A DNA stretch of 64,000 nucleotides from an uncultured bacterium (GTDB lineage: Bacteria; Planctomycetota; Phycisphaerae; Phycisphaerales; SM1A02): contig CAJCCX010000061.1 in assembly GCA_903961015.1 (NCBI GenBank), positions 6,105 through 70,104 of the forward strand, in the 5' to 3' direction. The position numbers and the translations under genes were made by a program. A model generated the notes under the pieces. The model made no database searches. It worked only from the letters and a program-made list of their open reading frames with translations, and was not told where the DNA came from. Of this stretch, positions 31,533 through 40,120 are shown piece after piece (the first letter of the stretch is position 1; every line of letters begins with the position of its first letter).

Positions 31533-32270
31533 ATGTCCGCCTTTGCAACTTTCTGCAGCGACTTCTGTATCAATCAGAAAATCGCACTCAAGATGGATCT
31601 CCCCGAGGCGCGAGAACCAACTCTTGAGCTCTTCGATCGACTGCGTCGGCAATTGCCACGACTGACACGCGTACGCAGAGTCGAAGGCGAAGTCGCACTT
31701 GAATCCGCCGAGGACGAACAAGATTTTTTATGGGTTGCGCTTCGCCAGACATCCATTCGCAGCGGACATGTCAATCCGAAATCGACTGATGACGGATACA
31801 AAATTCATCGTGCAGTACTAGAAACTGCGCCGTGGTTTCTTTCGATGAGCCCACTGGACATTGATCACATCGAGTTGGTCTTTGGCTTTGATATCGAAAC
31901 TGCATCACATCGAGATGGCATCGTCTATGAAGCGCTCTTGGCAAACAGTCCGCTTGGATCTCTCTTAGACTGCGACCACGATCATCCAATTGATGTGCAA
32001 CCGTTCGTTGGCATTTCACTCACGGAAGGACGGGAATTGCAGGCATCTTTCGAGGTCAAGACGCGGCCTCACCGAGCAGATACCAAGCACTCATCCACGA
32101 CGGATCCGATCAGCGTCTATCTGACAGTGCGCCGCAATGGACCACTCTCTTCGCTTGATGAATTGCCAACTATATTTGCAACACTCTGCGGACACGCAGA
32201 AAGACTTGCGGAACAACGCGCAATACCACACCTCGTCATGCCAATTTGGCAGGCGATCAGCGCAAGCTGA
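31533..32270 (+). CDS. Hypothetical protein (about 245 aa)
   Basis: Long ORF with protein-like composition. I chose the ATG at 31533 because the track start at 31455 overlaps the HAD gene. I recognise no motif. Confidence 0.5.
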   Translation: MSAFATFCSDFCINQKIALKMDLPEAREPTLELFDRLRRQLPRLTRVRRVEGEVALESAEDEQDFLWVALRQTSIRSGHVNPKSTDDGYKIHRAVLETAPWFLSMSPLDIDHIELVFGFDIETASHRDGIVYEALLANSPLGSLLDCDHDHPIDVQPFVGISLTEGRELQASFEVKTRPHRADTKHSSTTDPISVYLTVRRNGPLSSLDELPTIFATLCGHAERLAEQRAIPHLVMPIWQAISAS

Positions 32271-32298
32271 CTTTGAATAAATCGGTCAAACGAGAGAA

Positions 32299-32604
32299 TC
32301 AGGCGACAGCGATAAAACGCTGAACAGCCATCACATCTGGGATGATCTTTGGAGTCACTCGAAGCGTGAACTTCGCGCCAACTTCTGCACGAACGCAACG
32401 TGTTGCTGGGATGCGTGAGATCCACATGCGACCACCTCGTTGATTCTCTGGATTCGTACGGCCTCGTTCGCGAGCAACGCGAGTCAGAGTTCGCTGGATA
32501 GATGGCTGCAAGCGCATCAATCTCTCGATGGTCTTGCGATGCTTCGCCTCAGCTGGAAGTTTGGTGACTGAAATTGTGACGGTTTTGCCAGCGGTGAGTG
32601 TCAT
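32299..32604 (-). CDS. Hypothetical small basic protein (101 aa)
   Basis: ATG at 32604 (MTLTAGKTVTISV), with GGAG about 9 nt upstream. Arg/Lys-rich. I recognise no motif. The track ORF extends to 32688. Confidence 0.4.
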   Translation of the reverse strand: MTLTAGKTVTISVTKLPAEAKHRKTIERLMRLQPSIQRTLTRVARERGRTNPENQRGGRMWISRIPATRCVRAEVGAKFTLRVTPKIIPDVMAVQRFIAVA

Positions 32605-32688
32605 ATTTAGGCTCCGAGGAGGATTGACGATCGTACCGTCGATGCAGGATTTATGCAAGCCGATCACTCCCGTTGGCGGTAATCGCAT

Positions 32689-33582
32689 TCAAGAGTGTTT
32701 GGAGCCCTTTCCAGAGTCATAATGCAGATAGAGCGCCTGAGTCCCCTTCCGCCCGTGGTTTGCATCTTGGGCCTTGCGGTAGAGGCTCTCGGCCAGCAGC
32801 AGCCCAGGAACATGGAGGTTGTTGGCATGGCATTCCTCCAGCGCAATCCCGAGGTCTTTCAGAAAATGATCGATGAAAAAACCAGGTTCGAAATCACCTT
32901 TGAGAATCCGAGGGGCGAGATTTGCAAGCGACCAACTTCCAGCTGCTCCCGCTGAGACCGATTCGAGAACTCGCTCGGGATCAAGTCCGCTTTCGCGCGC
33001 ATAAAGCAATGCTTCACAAATCCCCATCATTGTGGATGCAATGAGAATTTGATTCACAACTTTCGCTTGTTGACCACATCCGGCATCACCTTGGAGAACG
33101 ACGGTTTTTCCCATGATTTTCAGCACTGGAAGAACCTGCTCGAATGCGCTTGCATCGCCCCCAACAAGAATCGAAAGCGTCGCATTTCGTGCGCCAATAT
33201 CGCCGCCTGTCACTGGAGCATCAAATGCGAATGATCCTTTTTCACTAGCAATTTGTGCGATTTTTCGAGCAATCGAAGGACGGCTGCTTGTCATATCGAC
33301 GAGAAACTTTGGAACGCTTGGCGCACTCAATGTGCCATGATGACCGAGGTGAACGGATTCGACATCGGATGGAAGTGCGACCATAGAAAAAAGAAAATCC
33401 ATTCCAGACGCTGCTTCGACGGGCGTCTGCGCCCAGTTTGCTCCACGACTGAGCAATCCAGCAGCGCGGGATTTGGTACGCGAGTGAATCGTCAGCGAAT
33501 GCCCCGCCGCCAGAAGATGGCCAGCCATTGAACTTCCCATAACTCCAGTTCCAATCCAACCAATTCGAAGAGCTGATTGCAT
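32689..33582 (-). CDS. NAD(P)-dependent beta-hydroxyacid dehydrogenase (3-hydroxyisobutyrate / 6-phosphogluconate dehydrogenase-like)
   Basis: Start ATG at 33582 (MQSALRIGWIGTGVMGSSMAGHLLAAGH, a Rossmann GxGxxG). DAPVTGG and a conserved Lys region (KDLGIAL). Confidence 0.85.
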   Translation of the reverse strand: MQSALRIGWIGTGVMGSSMAGHLLAAGHSLTIHSRTKSRAAGLLSRGANWAQTPVEAASGMDFLFSMVALPSDVESVHLGHHGTLSAPSVPKFLVDMTSSRPSIARKIAQIASEKGSFAFDAPVTGGDIGARNATLSILVGGDASAFEQVLPVLKIMGKTVVLQGDAGCGQQAKVVNQILIASTMMGICEALLYARESGLDPERVLESVSAGAAGSWSLANLAPRILKGDFEPGFFIDHFLKDLGIALEECHANNLHVPGLLLAESLYRKAQDANHGRKGTQALYLHYDSGKGSKHS

Positions 33583-33657
33583 AATGGACGAGGTTACGCT
33601 TCGAATATCCTTTTGCGACGGTCCGAACCCAATCATTGGGGGAGGCGTAAAAATCGG

Positions 33658-34668
33658 ATGAACCAAATTATGTCTACATCACAAAGAGATATCGTCGAAC
33701 TGGAACGCCAAGTCGAAGCAGCCAGTCGTCCATTCCGTCACTTAGTCGATCAAATTCAACGGGTCATCGTTGGACAAGATTCATTGATCGAAGGTTTGCT
33801 CTGCAGCCTGCTCATGAACGGTCACGTTCTCATTGAAGGCGTCCCAGGCCTTGCAAAAACAATGGCTGTGAGCAGCCTTGCCAAAGGCATCAATACTGGA
33901 TTCCGCCGCCTGCAATTCACTCCAGATCTCTTGCCCGCTGACTTGATAGGAACAATGATTTATCGGCCGAACACTGGCGAGTTTGTCGTCAAGCATGGAC
34001 CGATTTTTTCCAACATCATTCTTGCGGATGAAATCAATCGCGCTCCAGCAAAGGTTCAGTCTGCGTTGCTCGAAGCGATGCAAGAGCGACAGGTCACAAT
34101 CGGAGAGGCAACATATACGTTGCCAGATCCATTCTTGGTGCTTGCAACACAGAACCCAATCGAACAAGAGGGAACCTATCCCCTGCCCGAAGCGCAGGTC
34201 GATCGATTTGCGATGAAATTGGTGGTGACCTATCCATCGCCAAAGGAAGAGCGATTGATTCTTGATCGCATGGCGAACACTCAGAACAACCTGACCGTTG
34301 ATCCCGTGATGAATCCAGGAGACATTAAGACAGCTCGTCTGCTTGTTGATCAAATTTTTATGGATGACAGAATGAAGGATTACATTGTCGATCTCGTCAT
34401 TTCCACGCGCGATCCCAAGAAGCACAAAGTCCCAATCGAAGGACTCTTGACATACGGATGCTCACCGCGTGCCACAATTGCGCTGACACTCGCTGCAAAA
34501 GCAAAGGCTTTCCTTGATGGGCGCGGATATACCGTTCCGCAAGATGTAAAGGACGTGGCGCCAAATGTTCTGCGTCATCGACTTGGACTTTCTTATGAAG
34601 CAGAAGCAGTCGAGAAGACCTCTGACGATATTGTGCGGACACTTCTTGATCACGTGCCAGTCCCCTGA
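33658..34668 (+). CDS. moxR: MoxR-family AAA+ ATPase
   Basis: Walker A EGVPGLAKT, Walker B ILADEINRA, and LEAMQERQVT of the AAA_3/MoxR class. GGAGG upstream of the ATG at 33658. Confidence 0.92.
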   Translation: MNQIMSTSQRDIVELERQVEAASRPFRHLVDQIQRVIVGQDSLIEGLLCSLLMNGHVLIEGVPGLAKTMAVSSLAKGINTGFRRLQFTPDLLPADLIGTMIYRPNTGEFVVKHGPIFSNIILADEINRAPAKVQSALLEAMQERQVTIGEATYTLPDPFLVLATQNPIEQEGTYPLPEAQVDRFAMKLVVTYPSPKEERLILDRMANTQNNLTVDPVMNPGDIKTARLLVDQIFMDDRMKDYIVDLVISTRDPKKHKVPIEGLLTYGCSPRATIALTLAAKAKAFLDGRGYTVPQDVKDVAPNVLRHRLGLSYEAEAVEKTSDDIVRTLLDHVPVP

Positions 34669-34747
34669 ATGAAAAGGTGCGGTGGACTTTCCAAATTTCT
34701 TCTGCGCAATGAAATGACGAAAGCTTGACTGCCCAAGGGAACAAACC

Positions 34748-35629
34748 ATGCTGTCGAAAGAAACCATCCAGAAAATTCGCCGAATTGAAATTCGCACATC
34801 GCGTGTGGTTCAAGAAGCAGTTGCAGGCCGATACGTCTCCGCCTTCAAAGGACGCGGGATGGAATTTGAGGAGGTTCGCCCATATGCGGATGGCGATGAT
34901 GTGCGCACGATCGACTGGAATGTTTCTGCTCGAGCTGGCGGACCACATGTCAAACTCTTCCGCGAAGAACGAGAACTGACCGTCTTGCTTGCGATCGATC
35001 TCTCTGGATCGCTCTCATTTGGTTCGAATGCTCAGACCAAGCGAGAACTCGTTGCAGAAGTCGCTGCGACGTTGGCATTCAGCGCAACTCGTAACAACGA
35101 CAAGGTTGGTTTGCTCCTTTTTTCTGATCAAATTGAGCGATACGTCCCTCCACGCAAGGGGCGACGCCATGTACTTCGCATCGTGCGAGATCTGTTGGCG
35201 CACAAGCCTGTCGGAACAGGAACAAATATCGCTGCAGCGATCGACGAACTCAATCGGATTCAGAAGCGACGTGCGGTGGTCTTTGTTGTGAGCGATTTTC
35301 TCGATGATGGTTGGGAGAAACCGATGACAATTGCACGACGACGACATGACGTAATTCCGGTTTCGATTTTCGATCGTCGAGAGCGCGAACTGCCCAAGAT
35401 TGGCATGATCGAACTGACTGACGAAGAGACTGGCAAGCGAGTCGTCGTTGATACTTCGAGTCGAAAAGTTCGCGATGCCTTTCGCAGACAAGGTGAATTG
35501 CGCTCGCTGCAATTCGAACTGGCCTTGCGACGAATGAAAATCGATCCTTTGATGATCGAAACGGGAGTCGATTATGTCGAACCGATCATCGCCTATTTCC
35601 GAAAACGAGAGGCAAGAGGAAGCAGATGA
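34748..35629 (+). CDS. DUF58 (vWA-like) protein, MoxR partner
   Basis: 293 aa. FEEVRPYADGDDVRTIDWNVSAR, then a vWA-like LLAIDLSGS. Confidence 0.88.
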   Translation: MLSKETIQKIRRIEIRTSRVVQEAVAGRYVSAFKGRGMEFEEVRPYADGDDVRTIDWNVSARAGGPHVKLFREERELTVLLAIDLSGSLSFGSNAQTKRELVAEVAATLAFSATRNNDKVGLLLFSDQIERYVPPRKGRRHVLRIVRDLLAHKPVGTGTNIAAAIDELNRIQKRRAVVFVVSDFLDDGWEKPMTIARRRHDVIPVSIFDRRERELPKIGMIELTDEETGKRVVVDTSSRKVRDAFRRQGELRSLQFELALRRMKIDPLMIETGVDYVEPIIAYFRKREARGSR

Positions 35630-36687
35630 ATCGGACTCGAACCCTCATTGCATCTTTTTGCCTTGCGGCATTTGTCACTGGCCCTGCACAGGGCCAAGTC
35701 CTTTCGACAACACCGCCACCTCCGCAAAGTGCGCCAAGTGGGCAAGCGCCTACCAAGGCTCCGCCGTCAAAGGTGGCTTCTCACCCTGCCCGTCCCATTG
35801 ATATTCGTGTCGAAAATGGCGCAGTCAGTGCAACACTTGCAACCCCAGCTGATGTTGTTGAAGTTGGGAAGGCGATTCCATTCACACTGACGATCACGGC
35901 CACCGACGGTGCAAATCTTACGATTCCAGAGATCGGTCAGAAGCTTGGAGAATTTGACATTCGAGATGTCAGACGAAGCACAAGTCGTGATGGCGAAAAA
36001 CGAAAATCGATCATTTCATTTAATGCCTCGACATATGAGAGCGGCGAAATCGAATTGCCTCCAATCGAAATCAAGTGGAAAGACTTGAAAGGCGAGGAGC
36101 AAACGCTTTCAGTTGGGCCGAGCTTGATCGAAGTCCTCAGTTTGATCGGGGCGGATTTTGATCCACATGTCTTTCGAGACATCAAAGGCGAAATGAAAAT
36201 TGACTTTGGTACTTCTTGGTGGTGGATCATCGCGATTGCAGCGGTTGTCTTGTTGGCTTTACTCCTGCTGACCTTGAGAATGCGTCAACGAGCAATCTTG
36301 GAAAAAGTTGTCTCTCCTGATGATTGGGCGCTCCAAGAACTGAATCGCCTTGAACGAGATGGACTTGTCCAACAAGGCGAACTCCATCTCTTCTGGGTTC
36401 GTCTCTCAGGAACTGTGCGCGAATATGTCGAACGAAGATTTCATATCGCAGCTCCAGAGCAGACCACCAAGGAATTTCTTGCCCAAGCAAGCCAGCATCC
36501 ATTCATTGGCGCTGAACATCGCCATCTACTAAAGGATTTCTTGCGGGCAGCGGATATGGTCAAGTTCGCTGCTCATAGACCCGAGAACAACGATTGCATT
36601 CATGGCTTGGATGCAGCACGAGGCTTCGTCAGAGAGACAACCTCCGCTGCAAATTCGACACCAGAAAAAATGGAGGTCAAACTATGA
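35626..36687 (+). CDS. Membrane protein with a BatD-like exported N-domain fused to a DUF4381-like TM plus cytoplasmic domain
   Basis: Signal peptide, an Ig-like region (IPFTLTITATDGANLTIPE, IELPPIEIKW), the TM segment WWWIIAIAAVVLLALLLLTL, then a C-terminal helical domain (DWALQELNRLERDG, DMVKFA). Occupies the slot normally held by DUF4381. ATGA overlaps on both sides. Confidence 0.6.
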   Translation: MNRTRTLIASFCLAAFVTGPAQGQVLSTTPPPPQSAPSGQAPTKAPPSKVASHPARPIDIRVENGAVSATLATPADVVEVGKAIPFTLTITATDGANLTIPEIGQKLGEFDIRDVRRSTSRDGEKRKSIISFNASTYESGEIELPPIEIKWKDLKGEEQTLSVGPSLIEVLSLIGADFDPHVFRDIKGEMKIDFGTSWWWIIAIAAVVLLALLLLTLRMRQRAILEKVVSPDDWALQELNRLERDGLVQQGELHLFWVRLSGTVREYVERRFHIAAPEQTTKEFLAQASQHPFIGAEHRHLLKDFLRAADMVKFAAHRPENNDCIHGLDAARGFVRETTSAANSTPEKMEVKL

Positions 36688-37781
36688 CGTCCTTTCAATT
36701 GCTTGCTTCATGGTTTCTGCCTTTGGCACTTCTTGCGCCAATCGCTGCATGGCGTTTTCTCTCGCCTCGGCGCCGAGTTCGAATCGGCTATTCATCTCAG
36801 GCGCTGCTTTCTGCAGCGGGTACTTCGATGGCGCTGCGAATGCGCTGGATTGTTCCTGTTCTGCGGGGATTTGCAATCATTCTCTTAGCGATCTGCCTTG
36901 CTCGACCAGTCATCGCCAATCAACAAACAAAAGTATTCGTAGAAGGTGCTGCGTTGCAATTCCTAGTTGATCGTTCAGGTTCGATGAAAGCGATGGACTT
37001 CCAACTAGATGGAAAGCAAGTCGATCGCCTTGTCGCAGTGAAAAGTGTGGGCGGTGCATTCATCCAAGGTGGCCAAGGCTTGCAAGGACGATCAGATGAT
37101 CTGGTTGGCTTGATCACCTTTGCTCGATATGCGGACAGTTTGTCGCCATTGACACTCGATCATGGATATGTCGTTGATGTTCTGAATAAGATTCAACCTG
37201 CAAAGGAACAATCAGAAGATGGAACGGCGATTGGCGAGGCAGTTGCGCTTGGTGTCGAGAGACTCCGTGATGCAATGAAGAACGCACCAATTGAAAAGGG
37301 GCGACAACCAATCCAAAGTGCGGCAATCATTCTGTTGACTGATGGCGAGAATAATGCTGGCGACATTGATCCGCGCGTCGCGGCCGACCTGGCAGCAACA
37401 TATGGAATCAAGATCTATGCCATTGGTGTCGGCACGCGAGGAAACGCTCCGTTTCCAGTTGGAACCGACCCATTTGGGCAGCAAATAATGCGCAATGTGC
37501 CTGTAACAATCGACGAGGTCCTATTGAAGGACTTGGCAAAACGAACCGGTGGCGAATATTTTCGCGCGACCGATACAAGCACGCTTCAAGCGATCTATGA
37601 CCAGATTGACAAGTTAGAAAAAACAAAGACTGAACAAAGACAATCGATGCATTATACCGACCTTGCTGTTCAGCCATTTCGATTTGCAGGATTTGGTTTT
37701 CCCCCACTCCTCGGTGGCGTCTTATTGCTGTTGTGTGCTGAACTTCTTTTAACAACAACTCGTTTTCGCAGCGTGAACTGA
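36684..37781 (+). CDS. batA: BatA-type vWA-domain membrane protein
   Basis: Start ATG at 36684 (MTSFQLLASWFLPLALLAP). N-terminal BatA TM pair, MIDAS DRSGSM, and a C-terminal TM. Confidence 0.83.
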   Translation: MTSFQLLASWFLPLALLAPIAAWRFLSPRRRVRIGYSSQALLSAAGTSMALRMRWIVPVLRGFAIILLAICLARPVIANQQTKVFVEGAALQFLVDRSGSMKAMDFQLDGKQVDRLVAVKSVGGAFIQGGQGLQGRSDDLVGLITFARYADSLSPLTLDHGYVVDVLNKIQPAKEQSEDGTAIGEAVALGVERLRDAMKNAPIEKGRQPIQSAAIILLTDGENNAGDIDPRVAADLAATYGIKIYAIGVGTRGNAPFPVGTDPFGQQIMRNVPVTIDEVLLKDLAKRTGGEYFRATDTSTLQAIYDQIDKLEKTKTEQRQSMHYTDLAVQPFRFAGFGFPPLLGGVLLLLCAELLLTTTRFRSVN

Positions 37782-37788
37782 GAACCCA

Positions 37789-38853
37789 ATGGAAATCGAA
37801 TACAACAATCTTTCAGCATTGAATTGGATGTGGCTCGTGGCAGCACTGGCAATCATTGCTTCGATGGCTGTCTCTTGGCGCAGACGCGCGCTGCGCACGA
37901 TGATTGACGCAAATTTGCTCACGAAGATTGCTCCAGAGTTTTCGATCTGGCGCCCTGCCCTGCGTTTCGCACTGATTCTTTTTGCGATGGTTGCTGTGGT
38001 CGCTGCGATGATCGATCCACGATGGGGAACTGAAAGCGAAGAAATCAAGCGACGAGGTGCTGACGTAATGTTTGTCGTTGACGTAAGTCGTTCGATGCTT
38101 GCCGAAGACGCAACTCCAAACCGGCTCAGCAGAGCAAAAGTATTTATTGATGATGCACTTCGGCAGATGGCAGGCGATCGAGTGGGTCTTGTGGACTTTG
38201 CTGGAGTTGCTGCGATGCGTACTCCGTTGACCCTGAATTATGGCGCTTTTATGACTAGCGTTGACGATCTTCGCCCCAAGGATGCTGTTCGCGGAGGATC
38301 GATGTTGGGCGATGCGATTCGAGTTGCAGCAGAAAGTTTTTCGAGTGATGCGACTGCTGGTCGTGCAATTGTCATTCTGACTGATGGCGAGGACATGGGG
38401 AGCGATCCCATCGCCGCCGCGAAGGAAATCTTCGAGAAACAAGGAATTCGAATTGTGACCGTAGGAATCGGCGACTCTCGCGACGGCGGTCGCATCCCAG
38501 TTGAGAATGACGGAGACCGAACATGGATGGTTCACGATGGACAAGAAGTGTGGTCGAAGATGGATGCCAACACTCTGCGTGATATAGCTCAAAGTGGAGG
38601 CGGATTATTTGTTCCAGCTGGTACTGCACAAGTCGACCTCGGCGACATTCTCCAGCGCTCGTTTTCAGATCTGGAACGTGGCGAATTTGAAACTTCGACT
38701 ATTCAACGTTCGACTCCAAGATTTCAGTGGCCCGCTGGGTTTGCGCTCATCTTGCTTGTCTTGGAATGTCTGATTCCAGATCGCAAGAAGTTGAAGAAGA
38801 TCGCAAAGGTTGCAGAGGCAAATGAACTTTTATTGCAAAGAGGTGTGTCATGA
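37789..38853 (+). CDS. batB: BatB-type vWA-domain membrane protein
   Basis: 354 aa. N-terminal TM pair, MIDAS VVDVSRSM, ILTDGED, and a C-terminal TM (WPAGFALILLVLECL). Confidence 0.83.
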   Translation: MEIEYNNLSALNWMWLVAALAIIASMAVSWRRRALRTMIDANLLTKIAPEFSIWRPALRFALILFAMVAVVAAMIDPRWGTESEEIKRRGADVMFVVDVSRSMLAEDATPNRLSRAKVFIDDALRQMAGDRVGLVDFAGVAAMRTPLTLNYGAFMTSVDDLRPKDAVRGGSMLGDAIRVAAESFSSDATAGRAIVILTDGEDMGSDPIAAAKEIFEKQGIRIVTVGIGDSRDGGRIPVENDGDRTWMVHDGQEVWSKMDANTLRDIAQSGGGLFVPAGTAQVDLGDILQRSFSDLERGEFETSTIQRSTPRFQWPAGFALILLVLECLIPDRKKLKKIAKVAEANELLLQRGVS

Positions 38854-40064
38854 AAGTCCAAGCACGACAATTCATCCAAAACGTTGTCCTTGCATGCACG
38901 ATCTGCGCAATAGGCGCGAATGCACAAACACAGAGTTCGCCGGCAATTCCATCTGTGACAACTCCCTCGAAGAATGCATCGCAGAAGATCGAGCCTCGAA
39001 AAGTTGTTGATTCTGCAGCATTTCGCGCAGCAGTCGCCGAAGCGCGCAAGGCGATGGATGCTGGAGACTTTGCTGCGGCTGAGAAAGCCTACGCACAAGC
39101 CATAGCCGCAGACTCTTCCAATTCGCGTGCGCAGTTCAATCAGGGAGTAGCTCAATACAAGAGTCAAAATCTTCAAGGATCATCTGAATCATTTGCTACT
39201 GCAGGTCAAATTGGAGATCCTGCTGTGGCTGAAGGTGCAATGTTCAATCAAGGCGATGCTGCCTATAGCAGTGCAATCAAGATCATCGACTCTGATGACT
39301 TCAAAGAGAACGTGGGCCCTACTGCACAAGATCAAAATAGCTCACCAAAGCGTAAGGAAGCCATTGATGCGGCTATTGAGGCAGCGACCAGAGCTTTGAC
39401 GCATTTCAAAGACGCTGCATCGGCCGATCAGTTGGATATCGATGCGCGGTACAACGCTGAAACTGCAACACGACTGCTGAAGATGCTGGAGGTGGAGAAG
39501 AAAGAAGAAGAGAAGAAAGAAGAAGAGAAAAAACAAGAAGACAAGAAACAAGAAGACAAGAAAGAAGAAGATAAAAAGGGAGATCAAGGCGAACCCAAGG
39601 ACGATCAGTCAAAAGGTGACCAACCGAAAGATCAAGATCAGCAAGAGAAAGATAAACAAGACAAAGAAGGCAAGAAGGACGAAGGCGAGAAAGGCGAAAA
39701 GCAAGAAGGAAAGAATCCGGATAAATCAGAAGAGAAAAATGAAGAGAAGAAGCCAGATCAATCCAAGGATGGCAAAGAAGAAGCGCCAAAGCCAACAGAA
39801 CAAGCAGAAAAACCAGCAGAAGGTCAGAAGCCCGGCGAAGAGGCACAGGATCAGGAATCGAAAGGCCAAGAATCGAAAGGCCAGGAATCGAAAGGTCAAG
39901 CCCCTCAGGCTGGTGAACCCGTCAAAGATGCACCATTGACCAAACAGGAAGCAGATCGTCTTTTACAAGCAGTGCGTGATCGAGAAAAGACCCGTAAGGA
40001 AGATCGAGAAGCAAAAGAACTTGCCAAACCAACGCGACGAACGCCGGCGAGTAAAGATTGGTAA
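38850..40064 (+). CDS. batC: BatC-like TPR protein with a long Lys/Glu/Asp/Gln-rich tail
   Basis: Signal peptide, TPR-like repeats (AEKAYAQAIAADSSNSRAQFNQGVAQY), then about 140 aa of charged low-complexity sequence. Overlaps the batB stop by 4 nt. Confidence 0.68.
   Translation: MKVQARQFIQNVVLACTICAIGANAQTQSSPAIPSVTTPSKNASQKIEPRKVVDSAAFRAAVAEARKAMDAGDFAAAEKAYAQAIAADSSNSRAQFNQGVAQYKSQNLQGSSESFATAGQIGDPAVAEGAMFNQGDAAYSSAIKIIDSDDFKENVGPTAQDQNSSPKRKEAIDAAIEAATRALTHFKDAASADQLDIDARYNAETATRLLKMLEVEKKEEEKKEEEKKQEDKKQEDKKEEDKKGDQGEPKDDQSKGDQPKDQDQQEKDKQDKEGKKDEGEKGEKQEGKNPDKSEEKNEEKKPDQSKDGKEEAPKPTEQAEKPAEGQKPGEEAQDQESKGQESKGQESKGQAPQAGEPVKDAPLTKQEADRLLQAVRDREKTRKEDREAKELAKPTRRTPASKDW
39852..39896 (+). 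repeat. In-frame 15-bp tandem repeat x3, encoding (QESKG)3
   Basis: CAGGAATCGAAAGGC, CAAGAATCGAAAGGC and CAGGAATCGAAAGGT are consecutive. They sit inside the purine-rich low-complexity part of the batC-like gene. Confidence 0.9.
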
Positions 40065-40120
40065 ACCGATGCGCAAATCAAGAATCAAACCCAGTATTGA
40101 CCGATAGAAAGAAAGAGAAT

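Noticed and set aside
37813-38592. 259-aa minus-strand ORF over batB
   Set aside because: It is antisense to the vWA gene that carries a clear MIDAS motif. Shadow ORF.
39342-39846. Leu/Phe/Ser-rich minus-strand ORFs (81 and 146 aa) opposite the batC-like tail
   Set aside because: They are artefacts of the pyrimidine-rich complement of the purine-rich Lys/Glu coding tract.
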